From Chrysomallon squamiferum (taxonomy: Eukaryota; Animalia; Mollusca), in NCBI GenBank assembly GCA_012295275.1, contig CM022667.1, positions 15,562,001 to 15,626,000 of the forward strand: a DNA stretch of 64,000 bases, in the 5' to 3' direction. A model generated the notes under the pieces. It did no database searches. It was not told where the DNA came from and saw only the letters and a list, made by a program, of their open reading frames with translations. Shown piece after piece: positions 1 through 11,929 of the stretch (within the stretch, counting starts at the first letter, position 1; every line of letters starts with the position of its first letter). The translations under genes and the position numbers were made by a program.

Positions 1-99
1 ATTTTAATATAAGAGAAATGTTATTGCCAAAAAAAAAAAATTAAAATTAATTTTATGTTTGCTTTTGAAATAAGGTTATGACTATGCAATCACGGTTAC

Positions 100-306
100 T
101 TTGGTGTGTATGTCCCTCGTTCCCATGGTGCATCTTTCAGTGGGCTGACTTCGTCTTTGTACCTATCTATCAGAACCTGGTCAAGAAACTGTTCATTCTC
201 TGCTGTCAAAAACTGATCGGTTGCTGTTGGTTTTACGTGCACAAACCACGATGGAGGACCACCTGACCGCCGTCTTGACCTTGATGGCTGATAATTTACT
301 AAAACT
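100..306 (-). CDS. MRPL3: MRPL3 coding exon 2 (gene continues beyond left edge)
   Basis: TTTTTTGCAG acceptor; (R)VLVNYQPSRSRRRSGGPPSWFVHVKPTATDQFLTAENEQFLDQVLIDRYKDEVSPLKDAPWERGTYTP; AA|GTAACC donor. LTAENEQFL and SPLKDAPW match the recalled MRPL3 N-terminus (human LSEENVPFI...CPLKDEPW). Confidence 0.8.
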
Positions 307-940
307 CTGCAAAAAAAGATTAAAAAAAAAAAAAGAAGTCACATATTAATAGTATCTATTTCACACAATAATTATAGCTTTTGTATAAAAGCAAAGAAAA
401 CTGGATTTTGGTTTTCAGTGATGTACCTAAGTTATCTGTTTTGTAGTTTTGATGTCCTGATAATCTGCAAAATTAAGCCTAATACTAAATCTGCAACAAT
501 TAAGCCTAACAAAGAGATTATAACTTTCGAGGTTACAATTAAACATGAACAGAATTAATATTGAAAGATGTTTTTGTATAACTATATTTATTAACTGACA
601 CATAATACACATGATAATTCATTAACTGACACAGTTGTTTTAAGTCAAAATCATGATCATAATCATTAATAATAATAATAATCTGTGTTACAAGCTAGAT
701 GGAGTTACAATTAAGGAATTTAAATTCATAATAAATGATTATATGACTGTGAATAACAATATCTGAACAGCAGAACATGACTATTAATGCATTATATCCC
801 ATTTTAAATGATTTTTAGTTTTTCTATTTCATCCAAGGTTACATTACTGTGATTACAGAAAGTTGCATTACCACATTTTTATGTCATTATGTTTGTCATT
901 TTTAAACAGACCGTTAAATATGTACTGAAATATTTTATAC

Positions 941-1029
941 CTAGCACAATGACAGCTATCGAGCATTAATGAGCTACATATCGCATTAGAAGCTCTGCAG
1001 ATCACGTTTCCAATCTGCATGACAGCCAT
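941..1029 (-). CDS. MRPL3: Mitochondrial ribosomal protein L3 (uL3m), coding exon 1
   Basis: ATG at 1029 in AAAATGG context; MAVMQIGNVICRASNAICSSLMLDSCHCA; AG|GTATAA donor, phase 2, matching the exon at 306. The first ~45 aa are Arg/Ser-rich with one acidic residue, like a mitochondrial presequence. Confidence 0.75.
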
Positions 1030-1347
1030 TTTGTGATGTTTATATCATAATAAAAAATAATTGTTTTAAAAATACATATTTATGAACCGCTCAAAATTTA
1101 TAAAACGATAAAATAATAATTTTATAATATATATGGATATAATTTCATTAAATATCATTGCGTTAAAGACATGTTGAATTTTACACTCTATTTGTTATGT
1201 CTGAAGGGACGTAGAAAACATTCGTAACATTTCGGCTTCAGTTTCGGAATTATTCGCCATCTTCCGCTTCAGATGTTTGCGAACTTTCATGCTTGAACCT
1301 AATTTAAAAGGGAGTTAAAGAGATTTGGCAGTAGATGAAAGTCTTAG
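1030..1347. promoter_or_regulatory. Bidirectional promoter MRPL3/URI1 with probable URI1 non-coding exon 1
   Basis: CpG-retaining patch between divergent genes; YY1 consensus CGCCATCTT at 1255-1263; + strand donor TAG|GTAATC at 1347/1348. Confidence 0.6.
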
Positions 1348-1999
1348 GTAATCGAAGGCTATAAAGCGAAAGTAAAAATATTGGTTATCGACTTTTTAAA
1401 ATATTATTTCGTAACAGAGAAATAAATAATATTATGCATTTGGCAAATTCTGCACGAAAAAAACACAAGTTACATGATAAATCACAAGTATTAAGTAATA
1501 AATGAAGTGTATTAAAAGAGATGGTGTCTCATAAAACTTAGACCTTGAATTTGTATTTAAGGCATCCTTTTACAATCCTTGACTCTTTCGAAATAATTAC
1601 AACATGAATTATAAGTATCAGATGAAGTATTAACAGAGATAAATATATGGTTTGTTATGACAGATACTGAGCTTTGGATTGCTTCTGAATAACTGCATTG
1701 CTTTGATAACAAACCTAATTTTAATTAATAAATAAATAAGGACATGTTTTATATCTAGTTATAAATATTATTTTTTAAATAACTTTATTGTCTTATATTT
1801 ATATTGTACATTATTGTTGTTTTTCTTCATTGATTAATTATATTATTGATTTAAAATTAAATATGTGTATTATTAAATCAACAGTAGTAGTAGTAAATTT
1901 TCGGTTTTGATTCCTTTTAGACCTATGTTATCTACGTTTTTGTTTTTTTTACATAGGTAACAACATTTGAAAGATACTGAATCCAAGTAGAAGTATAAA

Positions 2000-2079
2000 A
2001 TGAACAAAGACAAACTTGCACGTTTAAGAGAGGAACAGGACAAGGCTGTGAGTGAAACTGATGAGAAAATAGAGCAATG
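2000..2079 (+). CDS. URI1: URI1 coding exon 1
   Basis: MNKDKLARLREEQDKAVSETDEKIEQ(W); TG|GTTTGT donor, phase 2. Confidence 0.88.
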
Positions 2080-5000
2080 GTTTGTTAATTTTACCAGAAA
2101 AACTAACTTTTATATATTTAATGTGAGAAAGATAGGTAATGATCAAAGATTAATAAACATATTAAGATTTCATTAGAAGTATGGTTGTCACTGCTATTAT
2201 TATTTTATTAAATTTTAAAAAATTAATTTAATCATGACCCATTTATCCGGCCCAAATGTGGCCTTCATCAGCCCAGAGTTGGCACCATAAAGGCCAGGTG
2301 TGGCTGCCTTAGGGTCAGGTAAATTAATTTGTTAGAGAAGGAGATTATAAGATAAAAATACTTTAATTTTTTTAATATTAATTTTTACTTTTTTAACATT
2401 GATAAATGATTATACAAATGTTTTTTATTATAAGAATTGCTTAATGAACCAGGGGTTCCCAACTTTTATGGTCCAGATAACCAATTGCAAATTTTTAACC
2501 TGTAAATTTACCCTTATTCTGTTTGGTTCAGTAATTTCAGTTCACACTTCTGCTGTAACAAAACCATCAACAATGTGGAAATTTAAAATACCACTTTTAA
2601 TATTCTTATTTTACAATAATAATAACAATAGCATATAACAATGTTATTGACTAATTTATGATATTAAAGGTATACTAGTAATCTAGAATCAACAGATACA
2701 CTCCTGGAAGTAAATGTGGTGGTTGGTAAAAAAGTCATAGAAATAAGTCACAATTTATATATAATAAAATGAATGGGTTTGTAGAGTAATGAATGTGGCA
2801 TCATAGTATGCATGGGGTAATTGTTAATCTTATTTAGTAGGTCAATTAGGCTAGATTTATCAAAGAGGTTTCATACTGTGCAGGGGTGGTGACTTGTTAA
2901 ACTTATTAATTAGGATCAGTTAGGCAGGATTAAGGAAAGAGTCTTCATATTGTGCAGGGGTGATGCATGCATGTTTAGGATAAATTTAAACTAAGGGCTT
3001 CCTATTGTAAATGATTTATAAAATGTCCCAGGATAAAATGTCCCAGGTTAAAATGTGTTTCACTATATGTTCTCCAGCTTGCTTTAGCATCAGAAGTATG
3101 TTTAATATGGAAGTTATTCATAACAATAAGGGTGGTAACAAAATCTGTTACATGTATACCAAACATGCAACTCACAAAACTAAGTCGTGGTGGAAATGCA
3201 TCAAAAGATCTAGTGGTAATTGTCAAGGTTCTGTGACAACAGACTGACAGAGAGAGCACCAGAAGCAGATAAGCCCCACAACCATGCTACAGATCAGACC
3301 CATGTCTGTGTCACCAAAGTATGCAACTCAATCAAAGATCAAGCTGCCTGTACCTGGGACATGCCAGGTCAGATCTTTGCCCAATGGTCTGAGCCAGCGT
3401 ACTCTTCACAACCAACAGCCTAAACCACCAACATTAAAATCAAAGAACTTTAACAAAGAACTCTGACGAAATGTGTTTAATCTATCTTTCATTGCTAATA
3501 TATTTCTTAATTAAACATTGTGACTTTTTACTTGTTTTTTTTTTTTTTTTTTGGCTGTGACTTTTTTTCCTAGATTCTTAAATCTACCCCAGCAAAGGAA
3601 TCCTTGTTATGAACTGTAAATAAAAACTCAGTGCACATAAATCAGCCTTGTTAAATGAAAGGTGCTTATTGTAGATTTACTTTCTCAAAATTAGCTGTTT
3701 ACCAAAGTTACTCAATTATTTTTTACCCAGACATTTTAGAATGAATATTTAACATCTCAACACATTTTAATGTTAATGCTTATTATATATCAAATATATA
3801 GTTTTGTTTTCAATGTAATAAAATTTTGTGTGGAGAATAACATATTAATTTTCAAGAGCTACTCTTACTAATTAGCAATAAAATAAGCTTTAAATATACT
3901 TTTCCATGAACAGGAGAAGGAAAACAGATAATTTGATGAACTGGCATTAGAGCATTGGTTGACACAATGAGCAGGATTGATCCTGCAGCCAGTGACATAT
4001 AATTTCAGTAATCTTAATATTACTTAAAACTGATAAAATAAATAATTTGAAATTTTCATTTTATGAAATAGTTTAATTCAAAATGTTCATAGTTCAGGTA
4101 AAATAAAATAAATGAAATATGTTTCCTTTGTATTAAATTAATTTACTTCCTTCATTTTAATTAAGTAATTTTATTTATGTGATACTGCTTTTTTTTAATT
4201 GTTGTTATTTGTATTCAAACATTTTGTTCTGGTTTTTTTTCTTTTTTTTTTTTTTGTTTTATTTAATCTTATGATTTAAAAACCTTTGTTTAAATTTATT
4301 TTCAGGAAAAAGTTCAAGACTGATTATGAAGCTGTGATAAAGAAACTTTCTACTTTACCTGATAGTCTATCACAAGATACTCTGGTAACTAAAATTTTTA
4401 TTTTAATTTTAATTTTATTTTATTTGAAATATAGTTTTCTAGCATCTGTTCACAGTTCACAAAATAAGGGATGCTGTGTTCCATTAGTTATTTATTTACT
4501 TGTTTTGAAACTAATATTCACAAAAATTGCCCAAAATAAGCCAAATGATGGAGAAAGAAAGATCCAGTTTTCGAAAAGAAGATATTATCTTCAGCAATAG
4601 GAAATACTTTGCAAAGAAAGAAATATTTTTTGCAAAAACACTCAAATCAACAATGGTTCACTTTTGTGACCTATATTTGGTTACTGGTGCTGGTTATGAT
4701 TTTATTAGCAGCAGTTTTAATCGGCCTGCTTGGGATTTCAGCTGTAATGTTGCCATGATATTTATAAATGTGTAAATTATTTGAATCATCTATTTTAATT
4801 TACCATTTATTTTTCATTTATTGTATATATTTATTTGCCCTGTTTAGTTTTCATTTATTTTGCCTTTACTTTCCATTTGTTTTCAATTTACTTACCAGTT
4901 ATTTCCATTTATTTCACATTAGTTTCCCATTTTATTTATTTGTTTGTCTGTTATGTTACCACTTCATTTCCTCATTTTCCTAATTACTGACTATCATTAT

Positions 5001-6441
5001 CCTATCTACAACTGACTATTAATATTTACTTGTTATTTATCTACAGGTGCAGTTCGGACCACTGGCTTTCATGCCTGGTCAGTTGGTTCACACGAATGAA
5101 GTACTTGTGTTGTTAGGAGACAACTGGTTTGCTGAGAGGTCAGCTAAACAAGCCATTGACATCATCAAAAGAAGAGTCAAACGTGAGCAGCTTGGACATT
5201 TTTCTTAATGTGTGTAAATCATAAAAAATGACCTGTCACAGACTGATGTCACCTCACAGAGTTATCAGTCATTACTGATGTTTTAAAATTATCATCCTTA
5301 TCATTGTACTGAGAAGTGCATGGGTGCTGATATTCATATGCACAAACACGTGCATAACATTATTTACACATTTAAGCAATATACAGCATAGTCCAGTCAT
5401 TACAGCTAGTTAAATGGGATATTTTATATGTTGATGTGAAGGATAAAGGATCCATTTTTTTGAGTTATTTCCTTTTCAAGACAAGTGCTCCTTGTTTAGT
5501 TTATCAGATATTAGTTGTGTGGTTTTCCTGTCTGTGACTGTGAGAAGTTCATGTAATATAAATTTTGTGCATGTTTCTACTGCTTCCTTTCCTATCATAT
5601 TAAATCCTATTCCCATAAACATATATAAAGAACATGTTAGATAATTTACAACCACCCAAGGTTTAATGAGATCCAAGATAAACAAATGTGAATTAAATCA
5701 TTTGGTCCCAAAGTAAACAAATGTTAATTAATCCTAAGGTAAATAACTGTTAATTAATTTGTTCAGTTCGGAGACCATTTTTGAATGGGTTATCAACTGA
5801 TTTGGTAGCTAAAACCCCAAAGACTGAATGTTTATAGCAAATATAATATAGATCTTTTAAAATGTATTTTTGCCTTAATTACTTTTAATCCTGATGTCAT
5901 GATTTTTAAAGAATAGTTTTAATTAAATTTGTTATTGTTATTGCAGAAATTGACCAGCAGTTGAACGATTTGCAGGAACAGAAAAAGCTACTGACACCTA
6001 GAATGACCTTCACCTCTGAATTACAAGACTTGGCAGAGGTTTTCTTTTTCTCTTTCTCTTTATCTCCATAATATATCTGACAAGTTCCTTCCTTTATTTT
6101 TAGCTAACCGTTAATTTATAACAAAATTAAATTCATATATTCAATGTTATAATCTACTAATATGATGTTATTTCCATTTCTAGTCAGCCATTGTTTTAAT
6201 CTTTGTACTGCAATTTATTTTCTCCCACAAGTTTAATATCCACCATGACTGTCCTCATCATCCTTTTCTTTGATATTTTGGATTCTGACTTACACTTTAT
6301 TTAAAGCGAAATCTTAAGCAGTCACAGTTACAGTCTCTACAATATCGTATATTTTCACAGATGCAATATGTTCCATGGATGCTGTCTGTTGTCATGGTTC
6401 ACATTTTTGTCATTAGATGTAGATATATTCTTCTTCTTCTT

Positions 6442-6472
<31 letters not shown>

Positions 6473-6586
6473 TTATTATTATTATTATTATTTCTATATT
6501 ATTACTATTATTGTCATTCTTCTTATTCTGCTTTTTATTATTATTATTATTTTCATTATTATTAATATTACAATTATTACTATTAC

Positions 6587-6635
<49 letters not shown>

Positions 6636-7895
6636 ATTACTTTTATTATTATTATTACAGGAGCGAGGGGGAATGAAAGAAATAGTAGAAGAATATGACG
6701 AAGAGAAAGAAAAGAAATGGAGAGGTAAGAATGAATGAAGCTGTTTCTTCTCTTATTATGTAATGATTGACACAAAACATATTTTAAATAACAAGAAAAA
6801 AATTAACTTTTTATTTTTATCACAACACCAGTAAAACAAATTAGATATATCAATTTATGTTAGTGATTTATGGATATTTTATTTTTTGTTTACATATTGT
6901 TGTTACTTTTTTTTAATTTCCATTGCTTACAAATGTTTATTTTTATCCTTTTATTGTTATATTTTTATTAGGATACATGGATAAACATAAAACAGTAACA
7001 AAAAAAAAATTTGAATGTGTAGCTAAATATCAAATAATGTGCACAGAATAAAGAACCTTAACTCTTTTTTAGAGTAAAATTATCTGAATTATATTACTTA
7101 CCTCCCTTTTTGTATATGTAACATGTACATGCAGTACATGTAATGTGTGTGTTTGTGTGTGGGTGTACATATGTAAGAAATATGTAATATTTGAATGACT
7201 GTAAGTGTATACATACTTGCGTGTTTTTATATATTCATATATAATTTTTGTAAAAATATATATATATATATATATACAAAAATAATCTCTATATAGATAT
7301 AGATCTTGATATGCTCATTTGCATGCATATTTTCCACATTACTGTATGAATTACATTTTTCTCATAATAAACAGAGGAACATAGGATTAGAGTTCGAGAA
7401 CATAAGAAGAAGATGAAGGAAGAATCGGAGAAAATAAAGTCATCAAAGAAAGACAGTCTGACAGACACAGAACTGTGGGCTAAGTTAGATGCACTGGAAA
7501 AGATAGAGACTGAGAGGAAAGAATTAGAGAGGTTAGAATACAAACTGAAATACATTCTTAATTCTTCCTAGTGATTACTCAGTGTATCACATAACACCAG
7601 CCTTTACTACTAATAAAGTTTATTGTCAAGTCTGGTTTCACATTATACATAGAAATATAAAAAAAGAACACTGTATAGTGTAAGAAATAAGCATAGGTAT
7701 ATTTATTTTGTTTGCAGAGTTGAAATTTTTTACTTAATGATTAAACACAGTAAATTAATAAACAGAAATTATTGCCATGAAGATTTCATTTTCTCATGTT
7801 AAAAACAGAAAGGTCAAATAATGGAATATTCTAAGAAATAATAAGAATTTTATTAATCATTATTATTTGTGTTGTTATTATCATTATTATTATTG

Positions 7896-7954
<59 letters not shown>

Positions 7955-10900
7955 TAATTTATTATTTATTATTATTATTATTTTAATCATCTTCAGAATG
8001 TCAGACACTGAAGAACAAGGTTTTCCCTCATACGAACGGGACAGTAAAAAAATCTCCTGGGAGGATGAAGTTTCAGGGCAGGAGAAGAACATCTCGGGAA
8101 GGGTTGACAAAGAACATGACAGAATGGCTGCCAAGGATTCAGATGACAGTTCAGTGACATCAGAAGATGATGAAGAGACATCATCTGATGGTTACACAGG
8201 TGATGAAGAGCAGACTGTGTCAGATGAAATTCCAAAAACTAAGATTACTTTTACTCACACAAAACCACCACAGGTAACTTCAGTTTTCAGTTAATCTGTG
8301 CACATTGCTAAAGTGTTTATAATTAAAAAACAATCATTCAGATCACAGTTCATTTTAGTCATCAGTTAATCTGATTATACTGGTAAAGTGTCTATAATTT
8401 CTCTGTCTATTTCTGGATTATTCATGATGTGATAATTTAATTTAAGGCGAACACAAATTTAGTGGGACATTGTATTTCTTGCATAAGAGTCTTTATTTCT
8501 GGTAAAATAAAGAATGAATATTAAACTGTACAGCTGCAAATATTTTTGGTTTTGGATTCAGTTAAAATTGATTTTTTGATTCTGTGAAGGTCCCTTCCTT
8601 TTTTTCTTTTTTTTTCTTTTTTTTTGTGGGGTTGGGCATTGATCAAGGGTATTGTAGTTAGTGGAAGATCTTACTAGAATATGTTAATTCATCCTTAATA
8701 TAAACACTGTAAATTGTCAAATTAGGACTCATTTAAAAATGTTTTGTGTATATTATCTTAGATACAGACTATATGTTCTTTAAGACATAATGTATGTTGA
8801 AAAGCATTTTCATTTTCCCTGAATTGTCTGGAATGGGAAAATAGTGACAATAATTGATCTTGTTACTTCCTATCACAGTTCTATAAATGGTATTATTCTA
8901 TGAATCATTCCAACAGAAACAGTTTTCAGTTCCATTTTTAGAATTGCTTTTTCATACCAAGAATCAGTACTGCTATTAAGACTGAGTATCCAGTAAAGTC
9001 AGTTGTTGTTACTGTTCGGTTTCACAGACCTGCTTATTAATATTACTTTAGAAATTTAGGTGCAGGTTTTGGAATGAAAAATAAGTAATTTAAATGTTTA
9101 ACTAAAATACTTTTCATTTTGATTCTGTGAGCCAAGCTTTTTTAAAGCTTTATGAGCAAAGCTTGCATTAAAAATCATGTGATTTCAACTGTTCATTCTA
9201 AATTGTTTCCATTTTTGCTTGCTAAGCCTACTAATGGATTTAAAAACTGCACTGAGAAATAATTTTATTTTTCTTAAAGTTATTTCATTATATGATTACA
9301 GCAAATTACAATAATTATTAAGATCAGAAGAAATAATGAAAACCTGATCATATTTTTTATTGTTTTAATTGTTCCCTTTTCTTCTAATTATTACTATTAA
9401 TATACTTGTTGTTGTTTTTGTTGGTTAATTTTTTGGTTGTTGTCATTGTATTATTTATTTATTTATTTTGTTTGTTTTATTCTTTTTATTAAATCTTTAT
9501 TCTAATAATTATTTACATATTATTATTTTATATTGTATTTCATTGTTGTTATTTTTTTAAATAATGAAATTAGAATTTTGCTCTGCAGTATTAATTATTA
9601 TTATTATTGTAATAATTACAGCAGAATAAAGACTCATCTGATTCTGATGCTGATAACCCTGAAATAGCAAGTCCCAGAGATATTTACAAACTGTTTACCA
9701 AACCTGCAGAACCAAAGTCCATTTTAAAGAAAAAATCAGTCAAGGTGGAACCATTAGTTTCATCAAAAGATGATGCTTCTACCCATAAAGAAGTTCCTGA
9801 CATTGCCAAAGACACACCAAAGGTATTGAGCTTAATATATATTGTAAAACGGGTGCTTCTTAAATGGCTGAAAAATTTGATTCTAGAAAAAAAAAGTCAC
9901 AATTTTATTAAAATTAAAAATTATATTAGAAATGAAAGGTAAATGAAACACATGTTCTTTGATTTTAATGTTGGTGGTTTAGGTGGATATTCCACCAGGA
10001 CCATGAAGAAATTCTGCCAGTTACAAGTTGCAGTCCTCAAGGTTCTCTCTGTAAGTCTGTTATCAGTGAACCTCAACAATTACAACTAGATTTTTTGACG
10101 CATTTCCACCACAACTTTGTTTTGCAAGTTGCTTGTTTGGTATACATGAACCCCTCATAACAGATTTTGTTACCACCTTTATTGGTATGAATAACTTCCA
10201 TATTAAACATAGTCCTGATAGTAAGTGAAGTGAAGTGAAAAAAATTAACGTGCTAATCAGAGCAAGCTGTTGTGAAGGACGTTCTGATGGTAAAGCTAGC
10301 TGGAGAATATATAGTGAAACATATTTTAACCTGGGACATTTTATAAATCATTTACAATAGGAACCCTTAGTTTAAATCTATCCTAATCAGTACATAAACC
10401 CAAGCTATACCCCTTTCTTTAATCTAGTCTAATCAGTAAGCTTAAGAATTACCCCATGCATACTATGATGAAACATTCAGTACTCTACAAACCCATGCAT
10501 TTTGTGACTTTTTTTCCTATACTAAACTGTGGCTTTTTTCTGTGACTTTTTTTCCTGTGATTTTTTTTCCAGTCACCAATGATTCGCCCTAAGGTGAATG
10601 AAATTATGAATAAAGATGGAAATAAAAATTAACAAAAATAGAAGGAAATGTAGCAGTGGTGAATAAACAATGTAAATATTAAATAATGGGTCAGTGAAAT
10701 TTTGTGAATCACACTGAAATAGTTTAAGAAGCACTGGTCAGAAAGAAAAATAAGTTTTAATATTCTAGATCTACGTTTCTGATATATGTTGTAAAAATCC
10801 AGTGTTTTGTTACTAAAATACTTGCTAATATAAAAAGTATGTTATAATAATATAGATTTTAAGAATTAGTTTTATTGTAAATCTTAATCATCATCAAACA

Positions 10901-11876
10901 AAATTGTTGTAAGTTAATGCAGGGGAATATGTCTGTGAATTATTGTGTTTGTGTGAGTGAATGCATGTTTGAGTACACATATTTGAGGATAATCATGTGT
11001 CTATGTGAAAGAAAAATGTATTTAAATGCTTATATAAGTATATTTTGTGGATATATGTATATATGTGTGTTACTTATCTTTCCATTGTGTATTTGTGTTT
11101 ATCTATTTATCTGTTTCTCTGTCCACATATCTCTAAAAGACTAACAAATATCATTAAGAATTCAACAGATTTTTGAAATTCTTGCTTTATTATTTTCAAA
11201 TTTTATTTTATTTTATTTTATTTTTTTTTTACATTTCTCAGACATTAATTGAGTTATTTGGAAAACATCATAAAACATCATGCAGCAATTAGTAAATTGG
11301 AAAGCCACACATTTTATTACTTTGGAATCCTCAGCAATCTGCTGTTACCTCATGTTCACTTAAAATGAAAAAAACATGTGTATCTTCTCATTAGTCCTTC
11401 AGTGCATGCACACTCATTACTACCAGACACATATAAGTGATATATCAGTCCTCACAAACCTTGGGCATTTAAATAAATAAATAAATAAATGTATTTGTCT
11501 TCAGGAATTTTATCTATTTAAAAATAAAGTAAAGGAAACTATATAAATATATTAATAGTTGAACTGGATAAGGAAAGTTCAAATAGCAAAAACATATCTT
11601 TATAAAAAATAAGAAACAAAAGAAAGAAAGAAAAAAAGAACAATAACAAAAGAAACCGTATCATGGAAGTTAAATGAATGTTTTAATAAATGCAGTTACT
11701 GATATAACATCTTTAAAAAATAATAATAATAATAAACAAAGTTAAGGATTCACATTTGGAGTAAAAGAAAGTAATAATGAAAATACAATAAAACAAACTA
11801 AAACTATAAGTGAATTGAAAAAAATCATTAAACAAATTTATCCAAAACTAATGTAAATGAAAATTATTTATAAAAC

Positions 11877-11929
<53 letters not shown>

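Noticed and set aside
78-266. + strand 62-aa ORF
   Set aside because: Antisense shadow of the MRPL3 exon.
6361-6775. Poly-Leu/Phe/Thr ORFs resembling membrane proteins
   Set aside because: Translations of microsatellites; only 6661-6724 is a real exon.
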